Part shown: piece after piece, positions 13,593 to 27,349 of the stretch
Layout: each line of letters opens with the position of its first letter
Position numbering within the stretch: the stretch's first letter is position 1
From: Selaginella moellendorffii
Lineage: Eukaryota; Plantae; Lycopodiophyta
Assembly (NCBI RefSeq): GCF_000143415.4
Contig: NW_003314315.1
Span: forward strand, 1,323,681 to 1,387,680
Direction of reading: 5' to 3'
Length of the DNA: 64,000 nucleotides
Notes under the pieces: generated by a model
What the model was told of the DNA's origin: nothing
The model's database searches: none
Seen by the model: the letters and a program-made list of their open reading frames with translations, nothing else
Position numbers and translations under genes: made by a program

Positions 13593-14120
13593 CTGAGATG
13601 GACCCAAGTTGGGGTCCGAAGTGGAGTCTGAAGTGGAGTCTGAAGTGGAGTCCAAGATGGACCCGAATTGGAGTCTGAAGTGAAGTCCGAAATGGAGTCC
13701 GAGATAGACCCGAGATGGACCCGAGATGGAGTCTGAGATGGAGTCTGACATAGACCTGAGATGGACCCGAAATGGAGTCCGAGATGGACCCGAGATGGAC
13801 CTGAGATGGAGTCCGAGATGGACCCGAGATGGAGTCCGAGATGGACCTGAGATGGAGTCCGAGATGGAGTCCGACATAGACCTGAGATGGACCCGAAATG
13901 GAGTCCGAGATGGACCTGAGATGGACCCGAGATGGAGTCCGAGATGGAGTCCGAGATGGAGTCTGAGATGGACCCGAGATGGAGTCCGAGATGGACCCGA
14001 GATGGAGTCCGAGATGGAATCGGGACCGAGACCAAGACTGAGACCGAGACCGAGATCGAGTCTGAGTCCGAAACCGGGACCGAGACTGAGTCCGAATCCG
14101 AGTTCGAGTCCGAGTCCGAA
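13593..14120. repeat. Expanded copy of the same minisatellite in 3' LTR
   Basis: Directly visible; longer than the 5' LTR copy. Confidence 0.9.
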
Positions 14121-15145
14121 TACTAATACAGGCAGTTGGGTGAAAGCCCAAAGCGATCATCCCCCAGGGGGGGGGGGGGGGCTGCAGGAGGTTCCAAAAG
14201 TATAGTAGGGAGAGTGTGGGGGTTGGAGCCCAGTGGAGCCAGTTTGGCCAGGAAGGGCCAGTTTGGCCCAGGAAGGTCATACCCAGTGTTGGGTGATGAG
14301 CTGACCACTGGGAAGTCCAAGACTAGAGTGAATACGGATTGACAAGCGGGGTAGCTTGGTGAAGTATTCAAGAGCCGGCTCTAGTTCCCCCGGGAGATCG
14401 AATGGTCGATGCTCCCAATCTAAGTGTGGGTGGCACTACCTACTTGGATACCAGGCGTGGCTCAACGGAACCTTGCTCTAAGCCCATGGCTAGGGCACCC
14501 AAAGGCGGAAGGCGGGGAGAGTACCCCCGAGGCCCGCGTAGGGCCATGGTGTTCTGAAATGGTGTCCCAAAGTCCCAAACTGTGGAAAGGAAGAGGAGTA
14601 GCCCTCTGGTGTGGTGACCAAGGACACAGTCACACAGTGAGGAAGTCCAGAGGATAGTGGGACTTAGTGGTTGGGCCGTTGGGCCTTGATCTAGTGGCAG
14701 TGTTGGCGAACACAGCCAAGGACAGAAAGGGACTTGGTGGGGACCGGAACGGAGATATTGGGGAAGGCTATTCCCCATGTCTGTAGGCATCCTAAGGATG
14801 TTAAGGAGTGGATCTGGGATGATCACTCATGGACGGATGACCTAGTCTTTGAGAGACGGGATTGGAATGCAGGTGGTGTTGGACCACCAGTGTGACCAAG
14901 GTAAATGGGCATGGCATTAGCGTAACGGGCCGATACGTTAGTGGTACCTTGGGGTGTCGATCATGGGATCGGACACGTGGAGCACCTGGACCAAGTGCTA
15001 AAGTTGAGTGGCATAGATGCCATTCTCGGGGCTAGCAAGCCCCAAGTCCTGAATAGGACTTATGGAGGTTGTGAATGAGACTCCTCCAAGTGGTCGGAGG
15101 TGCGGTTAATTGACTAAAGTAGAATGGAAAATTTAATCGCTTACA

Positions 15146-15922
15146 TACTAAAAGGGGGTTGCACTAGGCTCCATCAGGCTAAATTGGACCCTAGTGGAGC
15201 CAATTTGGCCTAGGAAGGCTGCACCCAAGTGTTGGGTGATGAGATAATCACTAGGAAGTCTTGGGGGGGGGGGGGAGGGGTTGCAGGAGGTTCCAAAAGT
15301 ATAATAGGGAAAGTGTGTAGGGGTTAGACTCTAGTGGAACAGGAAAGACTAGTGTGACCACGAAATGCTATACTCATGTGTTGGGTGATGATATAACCAT
15401 TAAAGAGTCCAAGGCTAGAGTGAATACGGATAGACAAATAGGGTAGCTTGGTGAAGTGTTCAAGAGCCAACTCCCCAAGGGATCAAATGGTCAATACTCC
15501 CAATCCAAGTGTGGGTGGCACTACCTACTTGGATACCTAGTGTGGCTCATTGGAACCTTGCTCTAACCCCATAGCTAGGGCAAGTAAAGGAAGAAGGTGC
15601 CCATGAGGCTCGTGTAGGGCCACGGTATTCCAAAATGTTGTCCCAAAGTCCTGTAGAGACCAAGGATACGGTTATATGGTGAGGAAGTCCCAGAGGTTAA
15701 TGAGACATAGTGGTCCGGCTTGTGGGCCTTGACCCAATGGTAGTATTGGTAAACATAGTTGTGGACAGAAAAAAACTTGGTAGGGACCAAAAAAGGATAC
15801 TGGAGCAGTTGTTCCCCATGTTTGCAAGCATTCTAAGGATGTTAAAAAGTGGATTTGGGATGATCATTCATGGATAGATAGCTTAGTCTTTGAGAGATGG
15901 GACTTTGATGTTGGATCATTAG
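15146..15922 (+). mobile_element. Older, diverged partial LTR of the same family
   Basis: Degenerate matches to LTR segments (AGTGGAGCCA..TTGGC..AGGAAGG, poly-G, GTGGCACTACCTACTTGGATACC, TAAGGATGTTAA). Confidence 0.7.
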
Positions 15923-16127
15923 TTGTAAGGGACTAAATTTTCCTGCCTCACCCTAAACCCGGCATGATACTGCGGCCCATAGTACACTGGCAAACCATGC
16001 TTGGCTAGGACAACATGCCACATGGGGCACCTGGGCCGCGGCGTCTTGCAAGGTAGGGCATAGCAGCCACAGCATCATGTTGCATGGCATGCCATCCTCA
16101 CCTGTCTGCCTCGCATGGCATGCTGTG

Positions 16128-16227
16128 NNNNNNNNNNNNNNNNNNNNNNNNNNNNNNNNNNNNNNNNNNNNNNNNNNNNNNNNNNNNNNNNNNNNNNNNN
16201 NNNNNNNNNNNNNNNNNNNNNNNNNNN
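16128..16227. other. Assembly gap (100 N)
   Basis: Run of n. Confidence 1.
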
Positions 16228-19200
16228 CTAAATTAGAATAATATCAAAATAATAAATATTATATTCCACTCTAAAAGAAAAATTAAGGAAGTAATCTATA
16301 TATATAAAAACAAAGGGCCAGACCCCCACAGCCATCCAATCCAAAAGTCCCCCCGACTTCTCCCGTGGCATCTTAACCTGTTGACAGAGCTCACATGATT
16401 TACAATACTTGAGGATATTAGCCTTCATATTCCTCCAATAAAAATTGCGCTTAATCAACTTATACATCTTCTTCCCCCCAAAATGATTGGGCTCTAAATG
16501 ATCATGATAGTAGAATAAAACTTGAGTAATTAACGCATCCACTTGTGGCAAATATACACAGCCATTGTAGTAGAGAATCCCATCCACCAATGAGAAAGGG
16601 GCTTCCATCTAGTCTTGCAAAGAGACCACCTTAGCATCTTGAGCCTGAGCACGCACAATCAACTGCCTAAACTTGCTAACCACCTTACTCAAATGATGAT
16701 AAAATTGTGTTTGTAATGCTGTCACATGACAAATACAAGATAAAGCATCTGCCACCACATTTGATTTTCCCAGACGATGCTCAATAGGAAACTCCCCAAA
16801 CTCTCTGAGTTTAACCATCTAACAAGCTTGCCTAGTGTTCAACTCCTTTGTGTAAAAAGATGTACAAGTGGTTTGTGATCTGTCAACACCACAAACAGTG
16901 CACCATAAAGATACATCCACAAAGCATGAACAATAAAGAGTAACTCTTGCTCATATGTGGAATAGCATTGCTCCGTGAGATTCAAAGTTTCACTCTCATA
17001 TGCAATAGGCTATCCCTCTTGCATGAGAACTCCTCCCAATGCATAACCACTCGCATCACATGTCACCTTGTAAGGTTTCGATGGATCAGGAATACAAAGC
17101 ACTAGAGCCTTGTTCAACAATTGTTTAAGTGCCACAAAATTCTTCTCTTGTGGCGTCTTCCACTCGAATAGCACATTCTTGCATAATTACGTCAAAGGAA
17201 TAGCCACCTCTGCAAACTTATGCTGGAAATGTCGGTATCAACTAGCCATTCTATGAAAGCTACGTAACTCGACCACTAAAGTTGGTGTAGGCCAATTCTC
17301 CACCACAGCCACCTTCCTTGGATCCTTTGCTCTTCTTTGCATAAAGTTTGTTGTCACGAAGTAACAAAAGAACCTTGCACAAATGCACCTTATACTCCTC
17401 CATATTTTTGCTGAAAACAAGAATATTATCCAAGAAAATCTCCACAAACTCATAAAGATAACGCCTAAATACCTCTGTCATCAACCTAGTAAATGTGGCT
17501 GGTGCATTCTTTAAACCAAACGGCATAACTGTAAACTCAAAATGCCCGAAGCTTGTGTTGAATGTTGTCTTGGAGATATATGCATCATCCATTGCAATCT
17601 GATGATATCCACTCCTCAAATCAATCTTGGTAACACTCATGCTTCACCAAGCTTTTCTAAGATATCATTCACACACGGCATCGGCATCTTATCCTTCACT
17701 ATCTTTTTGTTCAAGACATGGTAGTCAATACACATCCGCATTGAACTATCCTTCTTTTTCACAAGCAAGACTAGAGCACCAAATGGACTTACTTAGCTGA
17801 ATAAATCCAAGCTCATGTAACTCTTTGACTTGTCGTTGAACTTCTTTTTCCTCCATATAACTTAACCGAAATGAACGCTAGTAAATTGGCCACGTCCTTG
17901 GCTTCAATATAATCCCATGCTCCACATCTCGCAATGGAGGCAACCCATGAGGAAGTTCAGATGGAAAAACATCAAGAAACTTGTCGAGTATATCCCATAT
18001 TGCTACTTCGCCCCTACATGTGCCTTGGTCCCCCAAGTCACAAACAAACAGTAAGTAACTCGAAAGTGCTTTTCTATTACGACAAGCCTGCTTCAAAGAT
18101 GTTGTAGAGAGCATAACAACTAGAGGTTGAACTCCCTCTCCAAACCACACATCTTTAATGCCACCGTACTCCAGCGATACACGTTTAAAACTCCACTTTA
18201 TCTCTAAATCCACCTTCACCAACCAAGGCATCCCAAGAATAAAATCCGCATGATGGATATTTGCAAGATAAAAAGTCTCCACAAGTATGGTTTTGCCAAC
18301 CAACACTTCTAGCCCCTCTACACAAGTATCGAAATGCTAAGCAAAGGTAGTTACACCTTCCACCATATATGGAAGAACTCCTCGTGTGACCAGGCCATGC
18401 TCCACAACAAACTTTGCTAAAACAAAGTTATCATCGCTCCCACTATCTAGTAAAATCTGTACTAGACCGCCACAAAACACGCCCTCTAGCATTAAAGCTG
18501 ATTCATGAGTATCCTCGAGTTGACAAGCAATGATCAAAAGCCTTTTCCTTTGACCGGAATGGTTGTCCCCATCATCCTCATATTGTAAAGTTTGCAATTT
18601 TTTAGTTTCTGACTTACCGTCAGTAGAAGATTAGCCATTCTTCTTGCTCTGCTACTTGTTTTTCAGTTGTAAACAATCAACCTTGTAGTGTCTAAGCTCG
18701 CCGCAATGATGACAACCCTATCTATAATTCTTCACAAAGAACTTCTACTTCTTTAACCCCTTTGCATCTTAAGTACAGACTTCAATTTGTGGTGCTTGTT
18801 CCCATCCTTGTGTCCACAGCGATCATCATAATGATTCTCGATAGAATGACTTCACAAACGCTTGCAAGACTTGTGCTTGTCATTGTCAAGTCGACAAGCC
18901 GCATCAAAGACCTATTCCAAACTCTTTGTAGGCTAAGAATGACGCAAGTGTTGCTGCATGCTCTCACTATGAAAGCCATCAATGAAGTAAGATTTGTTTT
19001 TATCTGGATCCTTTATTGGAACACGGCTAATCAAGCAAGTAAGCTTCTCAATATAGTCCCCGAGTGTCATTTTCCCTTGCTGGAAATGTCAAAATTCTGT
19101 GTGAGCATTCTCCACATCGTAGTGAGAGGCAAAATGTAAATGGAAAACAACTTCAAACTCATCCATGGTAGACACTGGATCTGCAACACGAGACTCCTCA

Positions 19201-19834
19201 AGCCAATTCCACCACCGAAGACCTGCATCACGCAAAACCATTGGAATAGCCACTAAAGCCTTTGCATCCAGAGTTCCCCTAGCAACCAAAAACTTCTTCA
19301 CATTAGCTAGCCATCGTCCACACCACCATCACTGGAAAAGGTTGGAACCTTGAGTCGATCTACTAAGGAAAGCTTACTTGGAGCCTAGCCTTGAGTGCCT
19401 CAACACGCCCATGCATGGTATCCATCATACCATGCATCTTGCCTTGCATCTTTTGCTAATTTCGATTAAGGGCTCGCAATTCATGAACAACATCTTGAAT
19501 GGTCCAAATTTCTGCAGCTCCATTGGCACCATCTTCGGCACCACCATCGATAATAGGATTCCAGCATTCAGTTTGGTCAGCCATCACAACCAACTTCTTT
19601 GATACTAATGTTATGATCCGGTGCAAACAAATAGAGATCTAGTTGCTCTAGACTATGTTACGCCACCTCTTGGGGTCCTCACCACCCAACCACCCCCGAG
19701 CTACCTCAAAAGCTCCATTGCACTCCACTATGAGCCCTAGGGTAAGTTAAGTCTCTTACCTTAACATGCCTTGCTATACCTTTGAGCCTCCCTTTGACTG
19801 ACATTGACCATGTGGTCAAAGCTGGTGCTTAACA
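16228..19834 (-). mobile_element. Degenerate Ty3/gypsy retrotransposon, same family as 23571-40824; 5' LTR 19609-19834, 3' part lost in the gap
   Basis: Fragmented gag, protease (LLDSGS), RT ([27 protein letters not shown]), RNase H and integrase zinc finger; LTR homologous to 40592-40824; decayed Met PBS next to the LTR. Confidence 0.92.
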
Positions 19835-21479
19835 TCCGCTGCTTCACAAGGACTGCAAGAGCCCTAGCATCTTCTTGCTCATTGCGTTCCTGTGTTTGTC
19901 AGTGTTTTGCCATCAGGATCAAAACAAACCAGATACCATGTAGATGTCTGGATTTTGTGTACGGAATGCTCTATTGACTTCATTGCTTTGGTATGGTTAT
20001 GTACATAAAAGTATGGGTGTGACACTTTGGCATTTGGTGTCTTGGAACTCAGCTTGTTTGCTGATGTGGAGACTTGCCATCACTCATCTCCACATCTCAT
20101 TAAGGAACTTGAGGTGGCCATAGTGCAGTAAGTGTAACTCTTCGGTGCTGGAAGAGGTACATTTTCAGGGACAACAAGGACTGAGGCTGGTCTGGGATGG
20201 TTGGAGCAGACAGCTGCGGGTTCAGTGTTCATGTGGACGAGTACTTGGTTCTTGCAGCAGCCAAAAATTATTTTCAAGATCAACACCAGGCAAAGGGATT
20301 CCTGCCGAGTAGTTACCTGTAACGGCTGCTGTGCCTTAACCGTCAGGCCAGGGATTGTTCTTGCAGAACTTCTTAGCTTTATCGTTTGAGAGCATGTTGG
20401 AGATTTTCAGTGGTAAAATGGCAGACATGCCACTTCTCAGACCACTGCTGCAGGCAAGCGGCTGCCCTCAAGGGGGTTTCAAGAGTTGGCCGCAAGGAAA
20501 GGTGAAGTCCTGAAAGACTTGATTGATGCATTTGTTTCTGCTGACGGCTATGATCCCGAAGTCTTTCTTGTGGACTTGGAAAGGGATGGTCCACTCTGCA
20601 CGACATGGATCTCAGGAGACAACACTGCCGGTGCTGATACTGTGTGAGGCATTCGATACAAATTCAGTGAAGGGAATGGAGACATAGAGGTGCACGTGAT
20701 GCACGTCTTGGAGCAGCACAAGTTTCCTAAGAATGCATTGAGCTAGACCGATATGTTCTATACACTTGTGAAGACTGGTTTTCGTGAGGATACAGAAGCA
20801 TACAAGTTGCTCTTGAGCATTCAGTTTATAAGGCTCTTGGTAATGCCGCCACAGCTGAAAGGAGATCAATGTCGATATTCCTGGGAGATGCATGCAGGAG
20901 GGAAAGTTTGTAGTCTTGGATGCAGAGAATGCTGCAGACCTGTTTGGCGATGAATCTGCTCTCAAATTCTTGAGGATGAAGTTCGGCCCCAGTGCCCTGC
21001 AGGATGAAGCTCGCAAGCGGAAATGGAACTTGCCACCACCATGTGTAAAGTGGTCCAAACGGTCCAAGGGTTGTGACTTTGTCTCAGGATGAAAGAGAAC
21101 TATACAAACTTATTGCCATTGGAACTTGTATCTGAGTTTGGTGAGTTGTTTCTTGAGTATTTGAGTTTTCTTATAAGTTCTAAATGTAAGATTTTCAAGA
21201 GCAAGATTTTAAATCTGAGGTGCCTCATAAGTTCCTGGAATAGATTTGAGAGTAAGAAAACAAACTTGGGATGACAATCCACACACTTAGAGTCCATGGA
21301 AGACAGGAACTTCTCTCAAGAGAATTCTGGACACTCCTTGCATCACGTGGTATCTCCCTCCAAATCTCTATGCCATATGAACATGGCCATAATGGGGTTG
21401 TGGAGTAGAAGAAGTTGACGGTCCTTGATGTGACCAAGGCATCCAGTGTTCTTTTCTTCTGGGCTGAGTCTATGAATAT

Positions 21480-21760
21480 ACTGTGGTTCATGTGCAAAAC
21501 ATTCTTCCTACAAAATCAGTGCTGAACAAAATGCCATAGAAAATCTGGATAGGCTTGAACATGTCTCTTATGTACTTGCATGTGTTTGGGTGTGCAGGAT
21601 ATGCATACATTTCAGCTGAGGAAAGACAAAACAAGTGGGAAGATTGTTCAATGAGATGCATGATGCTCGGCTATAGCAAGAACACTTGGTTATCGGGTTT
21701 GGATTTTCAGTCAAAAGAAGGTATTGGTGATATGTACTATTTTCTTTTGAGACGACGTAC
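21480..21760 (+). mobile_element. Ty1/copia integrase C-terminal remnant
   Basis: YLHVFGCAGYAYISAEERQNKWEDCSMRCMMLGYSKN resembles copia L.VFGC.AY..IP...R.KL....KC..LGYS. Confidence 0.65.
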
Positions 21761-22199
21761 TAGCGTACTCTGCCTCATCAGTTAACAACAAGAAAGACAC
21801 TGGGCATTTCTTACATTTGGTTCTAATTAGTGCACATGGAAATAACAGTGACAAGGAAATGGTATCAACCCCAGAGACTTCTCTATCAGAACCACCACCA
21901 CTGCTACCTTTGATCACCACCTGAGGATCCACTGCCTCTTGCTATAGATGATAATGGCTCTGAACTTTTAGAACAAAGTACTTCACTTCAGAGTTGGATA
22001 TTGTTCATGCAGATCCAGAGGGTAGAATCTCATTGGAATGAGATAGTGATGATGCTCCAGTCACTAGTTCACCACCAAAACATTCTCTCAGACCTTAGAC
22101 ACCTACTTAGAACATTCTATGTTATTATGCATAAGCCACACAAGCTATTCACAAGCTATTCACAAGCTAACAAACTAGATGAAGTGCTCTCTGGACTAC

Positions 22200-22460
22200 A
22201 ACACTTTCATTGGTGAGCAGCTATGCAGGACAAATATCATGCTTAATTGGAGAATGGTTCCTAGACACTCATTTCACCACAGGAGGTTCTTAGTTCCAGT
22301 ACTGTGCTATCTACATACTTCAAATTTGTTTGCATCCTCAGGATGGCTCCAAGATGACATGGTAGAGAATGGAAGAGAAATGCCTCAAGAGGTTAACAGG
22401 TTACAGCGTCACTGAGATTGACAACCATGTCCATCACTTTGTAGCTGGCAATCTCTCACT
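22200..22460 (+). pseudogene. PPR E-domain remnant
   Basis: SNLFASSGW and TEIDNHVHHFVAGN resemble the E/E+ motif IEV.NKVHEFVAGD. Confidence 0.5.
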
Positions 22461-23277
22461 TATTTCGAGAACTTATTTTGAGAATGTAGCTAGCAAATCA
22501 ATATATCTTTAATGCAAAAACTAGATGTGCCACCCTCTTAACAAGCTACTCTATGTGATTGTCTTACGTTTCAAGTCCTGAAGTAGAAGTAGTTATAGTC
22601 ATTTCTTTTAGATTATGTTGATATCCAAATCTCCACCTCAAGCCAAATGTAAAACAGAGTTAGAGAGACGTCACTACCAGCAAATTTTATTGTTATCCAC
22701 TCTCCCAAAACACAGAAGCCATCTGTTCCTCCACCCCTCTAGTTGACTAGGTTTTGCATATTCTTTCAAGATGGCATAATGGAAGCACACCACTGCAAGA
22801 GTGAGTCTCCATCATAAGGCCACCATTACATATATCCTCACTTATTATCTGTCAAAATGATAGTGATTATGTGCTTCCCAAAGTGCTTACACTTTTGTCA
22901 TTCTCTAGATATCCCAACACTTGTGGCCCATTGCCTCCCAAACCGGCATGCCAACTTTAGCTCTTGTCACTTCTCACCAGACTTGCATCCATTTGTGCTG
23001 TCCTTGACACTGAACGCATTTCCAAGCTAGATTAGTGGCTGAACCTCTTACTCCTTTGAACCTGTGGAGAATATCCCCACTCTTAGCTTTGAACTCCAAA
23101 ATGTTTCATAATTCTTGTGTCCCCTTCAAAATTTGTTGCCACACTTCTTTATATAAGGAGGGGTTTAAACCCTATTTAGTATATCTATTCCAATATCCTG
23201 AACACGACATTATTTTAAATAATATTTTTTAATAAAATTAAATTATTATTTCTATATCATTGTTTGATGAGCAAAGA

Positions 23278-23570
23278 ATGTTCTCCCATCCAGCCAAGAT
23301 GTGCTCTCACAGCTCCTATTGCCATCGGCAGCCCTCTACGCATCCCTCCTCCACTGCTGTGGCATCTCCAGCTTGCTCGCCGACGGCTGTCGTGTCCACG
23401 ATCACATCCTTGCCACAGGCCACTTCCTCCAGAGCGTCCACCTCAGTAATCTCCTCATCCAGAATGTGGTGGCACCAGCAGCCTCGCGGCCGTGCGTGCA
23501 GTCTTCGATCAGATGCCCAAGAAAGATGTGGTGTCTTGGAGCTGCATCATCGCGGCCTACGTGCAGTCGG
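23278..23570 (+). pseudogene. 5' part of a PLS-class PPR pseudogene interrupted by the gypsy insertion
   Basis: LYASLLHCCG...GCRVHDHIL...NLLIQ and KDVVSWSCIIAAYVQSG continue after the element as (SG)HCREAINLLQRM. Confidence 0.85.
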
Positions 23571-23877
23571 TGTTATGATCCGGCGCAAAAAGACAAAGAT
23601 CTCGTTGCCCTAAACTATGCTACGCCACCTCTTGAGGTTCCTCATCACCCAACCACCCCCGAGCTACCTCAAAAGCTCCACTGCGCTGCCGCTCCACCGT
23701 GAGCCCTAGGGTAGGTTAAGTCCCTTACCCTAACATGCCTTAATATACCCTTGAGCCTCCCTTTGACCGACGTTGACCACATAGTCAAAGCTGGCACCTA
23801 ACAATTCTTGCCCCCCAAAAAAGTCCTTGTCCCAAGGACGAGTTGTACCGGTGATCACCCTTTCTGGGGAATCCTGC

Positions 23878-26027
23878 TCAAGCTCCTGGTCCATCTTCCA
23901 CAGCCGTATACATCAAGGAGGCATTGGGCCCGTCACTTCGAGATAGTACACCTTTCAACTGACTGACATAAAATACCGGATGAATTTTCACCCCAGCTGG
24001 CAGCTGCACCCGATAAGCTGCTTTACCAATGCGCTCCAGCACTTCATATGGACCAGCATATCGATGGGAGAGTTTATCACTCTTCCCTATCCGTAAAGGT
24101 ACCAAGGTGTTCCGCCGCTCACTTGATGGAAAGATCACTCGCACAAAGACGAGATCACCCACCTTATATTCCCGGAATTGGCGATGCTCATTAGCAAACT
24201 TCTCCGCTCTATCCCGAGCTGCTTGCAAATTCCGTTTGCACACCACCAGAATCTCATCAAGTTCTGTGGCCAGATCAGTTGCCTCGGAATCAAGCTTTTC
24301 TTGAACGTCCTTACTCAAATGCAATCCCAACTCCACCGCTGTTCGAGGATGCCTTCCAAACATCACAAAGTAAGGACTTAGCTTGGTTCCACTGTGTTGG
24401 CTATTGTTGTAAGCAAATTGCACCAACGGAAGATATAGATCCCATTGTCCTTGCCTTTGACCAATGCTACAACGTAGCATATCCTCCACCACTTGATTCA
24501 CACGCTCAGTTTGCCCATCCGTCTGAGGATGATCTCCACTCGAGAGTTTCAAAGTCACTTGCATAGCCTTTGCAAAGCTTTTCCAAAATCCACTGGTGAA
24601 CTTTGAATCTCGATCACTAATGATGTCCTCCGGCAAACCAAAATCAGGAAAAACCTTCTCCAAGTAAACCGCAGCCAAGTCTGAGGCAGTGACAGTCTTC
24701 CGAAGAGCCAACAACCGCACATACTTCGTCAACCGATCCACTATGACCCATACTTGCTCCTTTTGCCTCTGTGTTCGTGGTAAACAAGTGATGAAGTCCA
24801 TAGAGATATTACACCAACGGCTCTGAGGAATAGGTAAAGGTTGCAAAAGTCCCCCCGGCTTCTCCCTTGGCACCTTAACCCGCTGACAAAGCTCACATGA
24901 TTTACAATACTTGAGGATATCAGCCTTCATATTCCTCCAATAAAAGTTGCGCTTAACCAACTCATACGTCTTCTTCCCCCCAAAATGACCGGCCTCTGGA
25001 CGATCATGATAGTGGAATAAAACTTGAGTAATTAACGCATCCACCTGTGGCAAATAGACACGGCCATTGTAGTAGAGAATCCCATCCACCAATGAGAAAG
25101 GGGCTTCCATCTGGGCTCGCAAAGAGGCTACCTCAGCATCCTGAGCCTGAGCATGCTCAACCAATTGCCCAAACTCGCTGACCACCTTACTCAAATGATG
25201 ACAAAATTGTGTTCATAACGTCGTCACATGACGAACACGAGATAAAGCATCTGCCACCACATTTGATTTTCCTGGACGATGCTCAATAGGAAACTCCCCA
25301 AACTCCATGAGTTTGACCATCCAACGAGCTTGCCTAGTGTTCAACTCCTTTTATGTGAAAAGATACACAAGTGGTTTGTGATCTGTCAACACCACGAACA
25401 CTGCACCATAAAGATAGTGCCGCCACGTCCGCAAAGCATGAACAATAGAGAGTAACTCTTGCTCATATGTGGAATAGCGTTGCTCCGCGGAATTCAAAGT
25501 TTGACTCTCATATGCAATAGGCTGTCCCTCTTGCATGAGAACTCCTCCCAATGCATAACCACTCACATCGCATGTCACCTCGTAAGGTTTCGATGGATCA
25601 GTAATGCGAAGCACTGGAGCCTCGCTCAACAATCGTTTCAGCGCCACAAAACTCTCCTCTTGTGGCGTCTTTCACTCGAATGGCACATTCTTATGTAACA
25701 ACCGCGTCAAAGGAATAGCCACCTCTGCAAACTTATGCTGGAAACGTCGGTAGTAACTAGCCATACCAAGAAAACTGCGCAACTCAGCCACTGTAGTCGG
25801 TGTAGGCCAGTTTTCCACCACAGCCACCTTCCTTGGATCTGTCTTGACACCCTTAGATGTCACAATATGGCCTAAATATTCCACCTCCAACTTTGCAAAT
25901 TCACATTTGCTCTTCTTCACATAAAGTTTGCTGTCTCGAAGTAACAAAAGAACCTTGCGCAAATGCACCCTATGCTCCTCCGTATTCTTGCTAAAAACAA
26001 GAATATCGTCCAAGAAAATCTCCACAA
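23878..26027 (-). pseudogene. Gypsy RT C-terminal half, RNase H and integrase (with stops); no chromodomain seen
   Basis: EIFLDDILVFS, VTCDVSGYALGGVL, HDRPEAGHFG..CKSC, ISMDFIT, SDRDSKF, HPQTDGQTER, GPY, IHPVFYVSQLK. Confidence 0.93.
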
Positions 26028-26469
26028 AAGCTCTATTTCGTTAAAGTGGGAATTGTCATTATCCCACTTGTAAAATAAGGTTTCCAAACCTTTATATAGT
26101 ATATAAATATAACAAAATTCAACTGCATTGAGGCACATGCCATTTTATTTTAAACAAGGAAATGTCTACTCAATCACTTCTCCTCCCCCTGCCACTGCTT
26201 CACCTCTCTCTTCTCCTTGTCATCGTCATCCAATTTCTTTCCATCCTTTTAATATTAGCTCAGTTGCTCTGAGTCTAGGTGGAGCCCAAGTCCCCATTCA
26301 ATCTTTACTTTCCCATTATTAATAAAACAACTTCTTAGACTTCCAATAACATGCTGTAACACTTCTAGTATAATGCAAATCCTCTCAAAGAATTGTCTTT
26401 TAATATTAATACAATGGCATGGAACCCCATGCCATAATAAGTTACATTTTTAAATAAATACATGCCATC

Positions 26470-27322
26470 TCAGATTGTTATTTTTTGCCTCCAACGCCTA
26501 TACAATAATCTTGGAATTTCATCACTCTCCACACTATCAGGATTTAAACCCAATAGTAATGCCATCTCTTCTCTAACACGTCCATGTTCATGTTCAGTGG
26601 TCGAAGAACCCATCTGGTTGAGCAGATTATGGAGATGCGGATAGTGCTTGGCTAGACAATATACATGCCATAAATGATGACTGGTGTCTGTCCGATCAAA
26701 TGGCTTCTGATATACCGTTCCATCTGCCATTTGGTTGATTTCTGCAGCCACCTCCTGGGCTGGCCGGTTCTCTATCACCATCGCTCCAAGCCGTTTTGCA
26801 AGGTCCCCCAGAATATACGGTTTCTTCTCCCTAGTTTCCATACTGCAAGAGATGGGGTGCACTGCATATGTGTGTGTGTTCGCTGCAGTTTTAATCGGCG
26901 AGTCATCAATGATGAGGATTTCACTTGAGCTAGCAGTCCGGTTCATCACTACAGCCTCTGGCTTGACGAAGATGGGCTTGCTACCCCTCACATGGACCAT
27001 AGTCAAGCAATCTTCCTGCGTTAGGAGAAAGTCAAATGGTAATATTACTCGCGTCTGATCGTGCATCATCTGTAGCAACGTTAATGCATTGTGGCGCATC
27101 ATGGATGTCCAAACTCCCAATTGCAAATTGAACCCGGCCCTCTGTTTTAAGTGTCGCATGGTCATTATTAGATCCCGCAGTTTCTCCCGTGTGATTAATA
27201 TGAATCTGTCTCTTTTGACCAACTTGCGACCGCAGGCTTTGGAGGGTGCAATGACATTCGAGGACGAGCCACGCTCATGGGAGAAAAGGACACCGTTCAG
27301 ATCAAAAACGATACAGTACCTT
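26470..27322 (-). CDS. Cargo gene part 3: FCP1/NIF-family HAD phosphatase-like domain
   Basis: YCIVFDLNGVLF (27319-27284), LGVWTSMMRHN, FLLTQEDC...KPIFVK, ILIIDDSPIK.AAN. Confidence 0.72.
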
Positions 27323-27349
27323 CGCCGTGACTCTGAAATGAAATGCGTC

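Larger units (their letters stand above)
7793..15145 (+). mobile_element. Non-autonomous LTR retroelement (LARD-like): LTRs 7793-9306 and 13357-15145, about 4 kb internal region without coding capacity
   Basis: Long direct repeats TGTGAGAC...CGCTTACA; PBS TGGTATCGGAGC (tRNA-Met type) at 9310-9321; purine tract GGGTGGTGGAGT at 13345-13356; no gag/pol motifs inside; no matching TSD seen (TTAAC vs TACTA). Confidence 0.8.

Noticed and set aside
7718-14371. Long ORFs (302, 278, 275 aa and others) over the LTR satellites
   Set aside because: Low-complexity translations of tandem repeats open in several frames; not genes
15924-16127. TGTAAGG... possible start of another LTR
   Set aside because: Cut by the gap; no partner repeat in the window
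16228-16335. Divergent AT-rich end of the integrase ORF
   Set aside because: Adjacent to the assembly gap; probably low-quality read end
19835-21480. Gene-like fragments (e.g. ...ALKFLRMKFGPSALQDEARKRKW)
   Set aside because: Probably pseudogene debris, but I could not assign a family
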